This document shows positions 54,921 to 62,134 of a stretch of 64,000 nt of DNA, piece after piece. Under the pieces are notes generated by a model. It worked only from the letters and a program-made list of their open reading frames with translations, was not told the DNA's origin and searched no databases. Made by a program: the position numbers and the translations under genes. Each line of letters starts with the position of its first letter. Within the stretch, counting starts at the first letter, position 1. Location: IMG/VR virus record IMGVR_UViG_3300045988_181613; one strand, written 5' to 3'. Origin of the DNA: a virus.

Positions 54921-56111
54921 TTATAGTGAGGTCAGATAATTATAAAAATTATATGTTATTAAATAATCTAAAGGATTATTCATAGTTCCTGTAGAAACAG
55001 GTTCAGGATATTCATCCAGAAATTTTTTAAGTATCATAGGATCGAATGATTTAAAATTACCTGATTTCAAAGCTTCGATAAAAGATAATTCAAAAAATTC
55101 CCCTCTCTTAAAACATTTAGAAAGATGTTTTAAGAAGTTTTTCCTTCCTCCAAACCAAACCTCTCCCGATACAGCTAAACAATGATAAGAATTGTTTTTT
55201 ATTTGAGTTCCAAAAATTCTGTGCATAATAGGAAAATAAATCTTCTCAGCACAGAAAGTAAGTGGATAATAAATAAGAGAGTACAAGAATGATACAAATT
55301 TAGAATACTTTCCAATTATACAATTCTTCTCAAAAGTTTTTCTAAAACCATAAGCATAATACCAATTGTTAGCACCTCTCTTTACTTTTATCTTATATTT
55401 AAGATGATCTTCTCGATCTTTTATTCTATCCCAAGGTTTTACTTTATTTGTATTAAAAGTGGGGAGATAAGTCCAGTAGTGATAAATAGAAGACCAATAT
55501 GGATTATAAATCGTGTGATTGTTTTTAATCACGAAATCTAATATATTGGTCAATATTTTTTGTGACATTGCGACAATCCAGGGGTCTTTAATAATTTTAC
55601 CCTTTGAAAGGAAAGAAAGAATAGGAGCGAGATTCCAAATTTGATCTTGACTTACAAAGGGTGAGAAACAAGGATCTTCATTTTTACCTTCATAAAGCAT
55701 TCCATATGCACTTGTAATCTCTTCAGTTTTAAAAGATTCTTTCATTTGGATTGAAATATCATCTCTTAAAAAGAATCCAGGCTCATAACTAAAATTTATA
55801 CCTGGATATTGTTCAAATGCCTTTTTTAAGGGAGTTTCAGATAAGCGATTTAGAGCCTGTAAAACATCTCCAATACGATTGATACATATCTCCTGATTTT
55901 GTTCTTCACAAACTAAATACTTAGAAACTAAGTAAAGAAGATATTGTGCCATGTTAATAGTTCCATCTCCAACATTTAAAGATTTAGATTTACCATCTTT
56001 AAATACAACAAAGGAAGCAGGAATATTAGATCCCTTTATACACAGACCTTCAACTATAAAATAATCATAGAAGAGGTCTGTGTATTCACTGTATTTTTCT
56101 TCATTTGTCAT
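54921..56111 (-). CDS. hypothetical protein (396 aa)
   Basis: A long ORF with no motif I can recognise. Confidence 0.65.
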   Translation of the reverse strand: MTNEEKYSEYTDLFYDYFIVEGLCIKGSNIPASFVVFKDGKSKSLNVGDGTINMAQYLLYLVSKYLVCEEQNQEICINRIGDVLQALNRLSETPLKKAFEQYPGINFSYEPGFFLRDDISIQMKESFKTEEITSAYGMLYEGKNEDPCFSPFVSQDQIWNLAPILSFLSKGKIIKDPWIVAMSQKILTNILDFVIKNNHTIYNPYWSSIYHYWTYLPTFNTNKVKPWDRIKDREDHLKYKIKVKRGANNWYYAYGFRKTFEKNCIIGKYSKFVSFLYSLIYYPLTFCAEKIYFPIMHRIFGTQIKNNSYHCLAVSGEVWFGGRKNFLKHLSKCFKRGEFFELSFIEALKSGNFKSFDPMILKKFLDEYPEPVSTGTMNNPLDYLITYNFYNYLTSL

Positions 56112-56332
56112 GTTGTAGGTCTGCTTTTCATTCTTGCTTTAGCTTCCAGATTTTCAACTATAATAGCTAAAGCATTAATGTTAGTGTTCTCAATAATCTG
56201 AACTCCCGGAATGGTAGTACGGAAGATCAATTCACCATTATCACCTATAATTCCAGACTGTACAATAGCATCGGGATGAATTTTTAAAATTCTTCCTTTG
56301 AGCTCTTCAAATTTTTTTTCGTATTCTGACAT
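56108..56332 (-). CDS. hypothetical protein
   Basis: 74-aa ORF that overlaps the start of 54921..56111. Confidence 0.55.
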   Translation of the reverse strand: MSEYEKKFEELKGRILKIHPDAIVQSGIIGDNGELIFRTTIPGVQIIENTNINALAIIVENLEAKARMKSRPTT

Positions 56333-56370
56333 AATCTATTAATTTTTAAATGAAACCAATTTTTAAAAAA

Positions 56371-56398
56371 GAAGGAGTATTTTCGCAAACACTCCTTC
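56371..56398 (-). terminator. intrinsic terminator between a promoter box and the ATG at 56332
   Basis: Minus strand reads GAAGGAGT-12 nt-ACTCCTTC followed by TTTTTT. Confidence 0.7.
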
Positions 56399-56454
56399 CA
56401 GGAAAGAAAAACTGCCAAAAAATCGGAAAACTTTTTCTACTCTTTTGTTCTTGC

Positions 56455-56463
56455 TAAAGATAT
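56455..56463 (-). promoter_or_regulatory. -7 promoter box ATATCTTTA
   Basis: 122 nt upstream of the ATG at 56332, with the terminator hairpin in between. Confidence 0.4.
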
Positions 56464-56487
56464 AAACAATTTTTGAGAAAGAAAACT

Positions 56488-56661
56488 TTATGAATACCAA
56501 ATTTCAGAATATTGGGGTTTGGTATCTAACTGTTCCTTTTCGGTGCTCACAGGAACAGTTTCTGTGTTCCTAAATTGTTCCTCTTTTTGACTGTAATATT
56601 CTTCATATCCATAGGATTCTTTTCGAAAATCATCTCTCATATTAATAATTCTCTTCTTCAT
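56488..56661 (-). CDS. small hypothetical protein (57 aa)
   Basis: Below the track cutoff. It starts MKKRIINMRDDFRKESYGYEEYYSQKEEQFRNTETVPVSTEKEQ..., 4 nt after the upstream stop, and contains mutually exclusive hairpins. Confidence 0.4.
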   Translation of the reverse strand: MKKRIINMRDDFRKESYGYEEYYSQKEEQFRNTETVPVSTEKEQLDTKPQYSEIWYS

Positions 56662-56665
56662 AATC

Positions 56666-56926
56666 TTAAAAGTAAACTGTTATCCAATTGTAATTCTCTT
56701 TCTGTAAAACTCTTTGTTTTACCCACATATGATTTCTTCCAAATCCATGAACAAAGAAATGATCATATCCAGGTATCTCCTCTTTAATCTTTCTCATTCC
56801 AAGCACAAGTTCTGAACCGTTTTTAGCATCTAAAATCATGTTCAGGATCATAATCGCAATAGCAGGAGTAGGATCTCCGAGATGAACATTCACTAACTTA
56901 CTGTCAATAGAAACGTTTAACTTCAT
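56666..56926 (-). CDS. hypothetical protein
   Basis: I moved the start to MKLNVSIDSK at 56926, 14 nt downstream of a promoter box. Confidence 0.55.
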   Translation of the reverse strand: MKLNVSIDSKLVNVHLGDPTPAIAIMILNMILDAKNGSELVLGMRKIKEEIPGYDHFFVHGFGRNHMWVKQRVLQKENYNWITVYF

Positions 56927-56940
56927 ATTCTTTTTTATTC

Positions 56941-56949
56941 TAAAGATAC
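56941..56949 (-). promoter_or_regulatory. -7 promoter box GTATCTTTA
   Basis: 14 nt upstream of the ATG at 56926. It lies inside a 24-nt block identical to 41893..41916. Confidence 0.5.
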
Positions 56950-56970
56950 GAAGAAAGAGAGATCCTTTCT

Positions 56971-57300
56971 TCAATCTGGATCTCTCTTTACTTTATTTAA
57001 CATTTCCCAGGTATCAATCATTTCATCTGCCTGTTCTTCCTCCGTAGGTCCTTTCTTTGGATTCTTTCGAAGATAATCACAAGCAGCTTCCAGAATCCTC
57101 TGGAAGACAGGTTTACGGTAAGCCGTAACAATAAGACTGTCACAAATAAGATCAGCTGTTCCGTTAGATACAGAGAAAACTGCATTTCCCTCTCTTTCCA
57201 TTAATTGGATGTGATAAGCCAAAGACGGATATTTTTTAAGTAGATCAAACATCTCCTTAGAAGCTGAAAGTAATTCATCAGAAACTTCTTTTTTGTTCAT
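56971..57300 (-). CDS. hypothetical protein
   Basis: 109-aa ORF. Its ATG overlaps the upstream stop (ATGA). Confidence 0.6.
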   Translation of the reverse strand: MNKKEVSDELLSASKEMFDLLKKYPSLAYHIQLMEREGNAVFSVSNGTADLICDSLIVTAYRKPVFQRILEAACDYLRKNPKKGPTEEEQADEMIDTWEMLNKVKRDPD

Positions 57301-57449
57301 AAACTTTCTTTAATTAAATTGTTGTTGTACTCCATGCAATCTTGTTTATCCGTATAAGGACATTTATCTTTATAGGAGCAACGATTGCAATTATGATTGC
57401 TCCTACGTTCTACATCAGGCAGAACTTTCTTAGTTACTTTCTTACTCAT
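57297..57449 (-). CDS. small Cys-rich hypothetical protein (50 aa)
   Basis: Below the track cutoff. It reads MSKKVTKKVLPDVERRSNHNCNRCSYKDKCPYTDKQDCMEYNNNLIKESL and has ATGA overlaps at both ends. Confidence 0.5.
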   Translation of the reverse strand: MSKKVTKKVLPDVERRSNHNCNRCSYKDKCPYTDKQDCMEYNNNLIKESL

Positions 57450-57628
57450 TGGAAAAATATTTTTAGATCGCTAAATAGAACAAAGTAGAAGAAATTTAAG
57501 AAGAGAATTATAATTCCCATTAAAACAAATCCCATATCATTCATGATATTACCATACTCATTCTTAGGCTGAGCTTTCCACCAATCGAGTGACTTGATAA
57601 TTACTTTATCTCCAACTTTTCTTTTCAT
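57446..57628 (-). CDS. small membrane protein
   Basis: 60 aa with the C-terminal TM helix FVLMGIIILFLNFFYFVLF. Confidence 0.5.
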   Translation of the reverse strand: MKRKVGDKVIIKSLDWWKAQPKNEYGNIMNDMGFVLMGIIILFLNFFYFVLFSDLKIFFQ

Positions 57629-58062
57629 ATTATTTCCTCCTCTGTAATTAATTCAACTAATGTATTTTCAAAAAAATAAACTCCAGTCTTAGCAGTACCA
57701 TCAATAATATGTCCATAAATAATCGCATCATTAATCTGGACATTATCATGTTTCAATATAAGAAGTTTTGAAATATTAACTTTTGCTTTTTTGAAAGCAT
57801 CGCTATCACTTAGCTTGTGAAGTTTGTAAAGACCTTCATATTCCATCTTTCTCAATTCTCCCATTGTGACAATCTTCTTTGATTTGAAATATTCTTCAAG
57901 AGCTTCTTTTACTCGCATCAATTCCCCTTCTGTCATGTAGGGAAGACAAGTTGTTTGATGATTCATGCAGACACTCAAAGACAGTTTTCTATTAGTCCCT
58001 GCATCTTCCTCCTTCTTAATCTCTACTTTGATCTGGCGATCTTTCTTAAATTTCTCTTCCAT
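57625..58062 (-). CDS. hypothetical protein
   Basis: 145-aa ORF in a translationally coupled chain. Confidence 0.6.
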   Translation of the reverse strand: MEEKFKKDRQIKVEIKKEEDAGTNRKLSLSVCMNHQTTCLPYMTEGELMRVKEALEEYFKSKKIVTMGELRKMEYEGLYKLHKLSDSDAFKKAKVNISKLLILKHDNVQINDAIIYGHIIDGTAKTGVYFFENTLVELITEEEII

Positions 58063-58068
58063 ATCTTT

Positions 58069-58347
58069 TTATTTTTTAGTATATCTATCTCTGAACTCTT
58101 CTATATCATAGGTCATCTCAATATCCAGAAATCTGGGATTTATATCCTTTATTATTCGAAATTTAACTATAGTCTCTCTATAGTCATTTCTCCTTACATC
58201 CAATACTTTTACCTCTTCGAGAGACTCTTCGAAAGGATCATTCGTCTTTTTCCTATAGATAGCTCCTACTTTAGGTGCTTTGAATACTTCGATTATCATA
58301 AAGAGTGTTCCGAGAATGCCGATTATAATTCCTATTGATATCATCAT
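58069..58347 (-). CDS. small membrane protein
   Basis: 92 aa with the N-terminal TM helix MMISIGIIIGILGTLFMII. A promoter box lies 24 nt upstream. Confidence 0.6.
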   Translation of the reverse strand: MMISIGIIIGILGTLFMIIEVFKAPKVGAIYRKKTNDPFEESLEEVKVLDVRRNDYRETIVKFRIIKDINPRFLDIEMTYDIEEFRDRYTKK

Positions 58348-58371
58348 ATCTTTCTTCTTTTTTGTTATGCC

Positions 58372-58380
58372 TAAAGATAC
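58372..58380 (-). promoter_or_regulatory. -7 promoter box GTATCTTTA
   Basis: 24 nt upstream of the ATG at 58347. The upstream element GGCTCGC is shared with other copies. Confidence 0.55.
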
Positions 58381-59837
58381 TGCTTTTCTTCGTGCGAGCC
58401 TCGAAAGTGGATTGTTTTTCTTTTAAAATTCTATTCTATCTTAAAAATCGGACATAAGATTTGGCCTAACCTCGGTGTATTTTTAAGCATGTCTTAGTTT
58501 TATCTTAAAAATCGGATACTACTTTAATAGTTCACCCTTGTATCCGCCCTAATTTTTTGCCTATATAAAGACCTTTTTGAAAATCTTATATACTCTCGAG
58601 TCTGTGTTTTTGAGTGGAGTTCCATGGTACGGGACTCAAATTTTTGCTTATATAGGTGATTTTGAAAATTTTATATATAGGAGCTATTGGGTTTTGGGAG
58701 CTTGTGTTTCATAATCAATCTCAAAAAATAAGGATTGTTCTTTTTGGGTTTTTTGTACAAATATTGCTCCATAACGCTCCATCAATATAATCTATCTTCT
58801 TGATAATCAACATCTATCGCTCTCGTCTTGATAGATCCTCTCGATCTCCCTTGATAAATTTCATTTCATCGCTTCTATCTATATATATTATAATATATAT
58901 AGATAGAAGGTATCATCTGTTTGATCGAGTATATCAATCCCTCCCTTCGTTTTAATAGGTTTTATTTAATCGCTCGTTTCTATCTGATTAGTTATATTGA
59001 TAGCTTTTATTTAATCGATTAAACTAATCAAAACAAGCTTATTTATCGATTCTATTTAATAGATCTTATCTATTAACTGCTTGATAATGATCGATGTTAT
59101 CTAATAGGTGTTCTCTATCATATGGGCTCTCTCGATAGCTATGGGTTAATCGATATTGTCTCTTATATAGATAAGGTTTCTTGATCACGCTCGATCGCTT
59201 TTATCTCTCAATCCAATCGAATCCCTCTATCCTTTCAATCAATCTTATCTGGTATTCCCTCAATCATCTTTACCTCTCTCCTCGATTGATTCTATCGATC
59301 TCCCATTCCTTTTCTCGATCTCCTCGATAACTTCCCTCTATCCTTCTTTCCCTATCGACTACCTCTATTTCTCCCATAGGGAATATCTATCAATAGTTCC
59401 CCTCTTACTGGAGTTCCAAACTTGACTTTTCTTATTACATTTTTATTCTCTTTCTATACCTTTATTAGGATTAATACTATCAAAAGGTTTCCAGTTCCCT
59501 TACATATATACCTTATCCCTATTCTTCTTAGTCTATTTCTTGCCTAATCCTATACTTATCTCTTACCATATTATTTCTTATTTTAAGGCGATCTAATACA
59601 TTTACTCCATCTTACCCTACCTTCTATACCTTATACCTAATATCATTCTTTATACCTTCTTATATTGATCTTATTCCTTTATTATTTTCTTTTCTCCCTA
59701 TACCTTTGATCAATATTTTCTATCTACATTTTATTCCTTCTTTCTTGATTATCTCCTATCTATCAATTAGGATCGATAATATCTATCTTATGGAGCAAAA
59801 GAAAAGGTAGTATTTCTACTACCTTATTTCTATTTGA
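58381..59837. other. 1.45-kb ORF-free repeat region (candidate replication origin or noncoding RNA locus)
   Basis: No ORF of 60 aa or more on either strand. By my count there are 14 TCGA (mostly TCGAT) in about 520 bp. It also has a 38-bp perfect palindrome and a roughly 600-bp G-depleted tract with TATACCT repeats. Confidence 0.6.
58872..58909. repeat. 38-bp perfect AT-rich palindrome
   Basis: CTTCTATCTATATATATTA followed by its exact reverse complement TAATATATATAGATAGAAG. Confidence 0.9.
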
Positions 59838-60296
59838 TCAATTCATGTCCTCTTCTTGTACATATTCGATCTTTTCTTCTTGGTTGGCTAACCAATCCAA
59901 CCTTTTCTGTTTGAAAAACTTATCAAATATTCTCTTGGTATTGTGGCTCGGAGTTCCCAAAACCTTGCAGCACTTGTAGATGGTACAATTCTTATCCATA
60001 TAATGCTTTTCGAAATACTTATAGATTTCATAAGCTTGCGATCCGTCTCTTGGAATATCGTAGCTTATTGATCTTCCTTTTCTCTTTTTAGGTTCTTCTA
60101 CCTTCATTGCTAAATCCTGATAGATGATTGCTGGTAGCAAACTTACCTGTTGGATTTCCTGGATCTCTTCAATTTCCTCTGATTGATTTTCTTTCTTAGC
60201 CTGATCGATTAAAACGATCAATTCTTCTTTTGCATACTTGGTATAATTCTTGATACCTAATTTGCTTGCTTCTTTTCTTAATTCATTCGTTGTCAT
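59838..60296 (-). CDS. hypothetical protein with an N-terminal SAP / Rho-N-like HeH motif
   Basis: 152 aa starting MTTNELRKEASKLGIKNYTKYAKEELIVLIDQ. Confidence 0.6.
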   Translation of the reverse strand: MTTNELRKEASKLGIKNYTKYAKEELIVLIDQAKKENQSEEIEEIQEIQQVSLLPAIIYQDLAMKVEEPKKRKGRSISYDIPRDGSQAYEIYKYFEKHYMDKNCTIYKCCKVLGTPSHNTKRIFDKFFKQKRLDWLANQEEKIEYVQEEDMN

Positions 60297-60341
60297 GATT
60301 GTAATGTTTTTATTGTTAATATTGCTTTTATTATTATGATA

Positions 60342-60350
60342 TAAAGATAA
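60342..60350 (-). promoter_or_regulatory. -7 promoter box TTATCTTTA with -33 TTTGGCGAGC
   Basis: Minus strand reads TTTG-20 nt-TATCTTTA, 45 nt upstream of the ATG at 60296. Confidence 0.5.
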
Positions 60351-60453
60351 GGCTTTTATTTTAGCTCGCCAAATTATTTTGCTTAAAATATTTAAACGCT
60401 CTCCTAATAAATCTTATCAATACATCAATGATCTTTTCTCTTTTTCTTATACC

Positions 60454-60462
60454 TAAATATAC
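60454..60462 (-). promoter_or_regulatory. second, tandem -7 box GTATATTTA (112 bp upstream of the first)
   Basis: It is part of a roughly 112-bp tandem duplication. ATTTTGCTTAAAA occurs at 60376 and 60488, and GCTCTCCTAATAAAT at 60398 and 60510. Confidence 0.4.
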
Positions 60463-60792
60463 GGCTTATTCCTATACCTACAAAAATATTTTGCTTAAAA
60501 ATGCTTCAGGCTCTCCTAATAAATACTACTGTATTTTTGATAGATTTTATTTATACCCTTAATAGATCTACTTTATCCTCTGATTTATTTTAAAGCGATT
60601 TAAACAGCGATCTATATTTTAGCTTAGGAAGACTATAGTTTTAATATTTTTCTTCAGTAAATCGCTTTAAAACTATATATATGCGATTCATTTATATATT
60701 TCATTATGCTATTTTGATAAATAGTTTCTATCAATCATAGCGATCCTATAGATATTTTCTATCATTATTTTCATCCTTTTTAATCCAAATAT

Positions 60793-60826
60793 TTTGGCTC
60801 GCCAATAAATAAGCCCTATATTTAGG
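60793..60826 (+). promoter_or_regulatory. plus-strand promoter (TTTG-20 nt-TATATTTAGG)
   Basis: It has the same architecture as the minus-strand family but in the opposite orientation. It lies 23 nt upstream of the ATG at 60850. Confidence 0.5.
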
Positions 60827-60849
60827 TATAAATAAAAACAAACAATAAA

Positions 60850-61128
60850 ATGAGAGCAACCCATATTTATACGGAGCAATTCGATACCAACAGAAAGTTG
60901 GCGAATAGGGCATTAAAAGCCATGAATGATATTTCTGATGCAGATAATGGTACAATTAGAAATCCTTTTGAACTTGCAAGTTCAACAATGAAAGATGGGA
61001 GAACCTTGATCCAAACTATCTATGAAGATGGTGAAGTAAGGTACTTGGATTTCTCCAGAATCCTTTGTTACTATTACCAGTATCATATCTCCTTGTTTGA
61101 TTTAGTTTTTTTGCTATTCATGTGTTGA
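60850..61128 (+). CDS. hypothetical protein (one of two plus-strand genes)
   Basis: 92-aa ORF with its own plus-strand promoter. Its 3' end overlaps the convergent gene 61083..61295 by 46 nt. Confidence 0.45.
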   Translation: MRATHIYTEQFDTNRKLANRALKAMNDISDADNGTIRNPFELASSTMKDGRTLIQTIYEDGEVRYLDFSRILCYYYQYHISLFDLVFLLFMC

Positions 61129-61295
61129 TGAACCATCATTAGAACGGAGTTGATTGCCTCTTTATTCTTATCCACTTCATCACGTGGGCAATCGGCTATG
61201 AAGTCCTCTATGCCTACATACAACTTTGATAGTTCTTTAACTGTCATAGTGTAACGTTGTGCGCCAAATTCATCTATTATCATGAGGTTATGCAC
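61083..61295 (-). CDS. hypothetical protein
   Basis: 70-aa ORF. The track start is GTG at 61295 and the first ATG is at 61283. GC is locally higher. Confidence 0.5.
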   Translation of the reverse strand: MHNLMIIDEFGAQRYTMTVKELSKLYVGIEDFIADCPRDEVDKNKEAINSVLMMVHQHMNSKKTKSNKEI

Positions 61296-61298
61296 TAT

Positions 61299-61316
61299 GC
61301 AGGGCTTTCGCCCTGC
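61299..61316 (-). repeat. GC-rich hairpin with a GAAA tetraloop
   Basis: Minus strand reads GCAGGGC-GAAA-GCCCTGC, 3 nt upstream of the GTG at 61295. No U-tract follows. Confidence 0.7.
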
Positions 61317-61327
61317 TGGTTAAAAAC

Positions 61328-61507
61328 TTAGTTTATCTCGTAATAGGGTTGTTCGCCTCTAATAACTCTCTTGGCATCAGCGATGCTAGCGTACAGCTTT
61401 GAATAGTCGCCATCTATAATTGCAAACTCTTGGCTAAAGGCATCTTTAAACATTGTTACTGTGTGACCTTTGTAACTTACTTCTTTCAAAATCTTATTTG
61501 TTGCCAT
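61328..61507 (-). CDS. small hypothetical protein (59 aa)
   Basis: Below the track cutoff. It reads MATNKILKEVSYKGHTVTMFKDAFSQEFAIIDGDYSKLYASIADAKRVIRGEQPYYEIN. A promoter box lies 44 nt upstream. Confidence 0.5.
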   Translation of the reverse strand: MATNKILKEVSYKGHTVTMFKDAFSQEFAIIDGDYSKLYASIADAKRVIRGEQPYYEIN

Positions 61508-61551
61508 AATCGTATATCTTTTAATTGTTATTATTGCTTCTTTTAGTATTA

Positions 61552-61560
61552 TAAAGATAC
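61552..61560 (-). promoter_or_regulatory. -7 promoter box GTATCTTTA with -33 TTTGGCGATCC
   Basis: Minus strand reads TTTG-20 nt-TATCTTTA, 44 nt upstream of the ATG at 61507. Confidence 0.55.
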
Positions 61561-61641
61561 TGCTTATTTATAGGATCGCCAAAATAATATTCTTAAAAAA
61601 GATAAAAATTATCATCGAAAATATCTATCTGATCAATTAGA

Positions 61642-61995
61642 TTATGTATAGAGATCTATCACTTTTTCCAAAGTAATTAATGGATCATTCAAATAAATTA
61701 ATACCAGTACCTTAAAAGATAAAGGATATTTATTTCTTCCTCTCCCTATTTTAACATATATAGATTCTAATATTTCAAAATCTCCTTTCAAGAAATGAAC
61801 GGCCCATTCATGAAAAGTTTTTTCTAATTTTGGGCCATCTATTTCCAAATTGTAGTTTTCAATATCACCAATCCAACAAGGGTTCAAATTTTTCAAAAGA
61901 TCCATCAATAAAATATCTTTTGAAAGATAATTTATAAGGTAAATGGAAGTACCACGTTTACCTTTACTTATAAATAAAGGAATTTTATTATTCAT
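61642..61995 (-). CDS. hypothetical protein
   Basis: 117-aa ORF with a promoter box 41 nt upstream. Confidence 0.6.
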   Translation of the reverse strand: MNNKIPLFISKGKRGTSIYLINYLSKDILLMDLLKNLNPCWIGDIENYNLEIDGPKLEKTFHEWAVHFLKGDFEILESIYVKIGRGRNKYPLSFKVLVLIYLNDPLITLEKVIDLYT

Positions 61996-62036
61996 GATTA
62001 ATTCTTTTAATGTTTATGTTTCTTTTTATTATATCA

Positions 62037-62045
62037 TAAAGATAC
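62037..62045 (-). promoter_or_regulatory. -7 promoter box GTATCTTTA
   Basis: 41 nt upstream of the ATG at 61995. It shares the upstream ATTTTGCTTAAAA element (62071..62083). Confidence 0.55.
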
Positions 62046-62134
62046 AACTTATAGCTCTCCTATGCAAATTATTTTGCTTAAAAAAGATAAAAATAGTGAT
62101 AGAAAGTTCCACTCTATAAGAGAAATAGAATTGA

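Noticed and set aside
58381-59837. Possible CRISPR array or tRNA cluster in the long ORF-free region
   Set aside because: The repeats are short (5-16 nt) and irregularly spaced, and there are no uniform spacers. I found no cloverleaf or T-loop (GGTTCGAATCC-like) sequence here or anywhere else in the window.
60746-60955. Minus-strand 69-aa ORF overlapping the plus-strand promoter and the start of 60850..61128
   Set aside because: It has no minus-strand promoter box upstream, spans regulatory repeats, and its sequence is hydrophobic and low-complexity. The plus-strand ORF has a matching promoter and is preferred, though its own support is only moderate.
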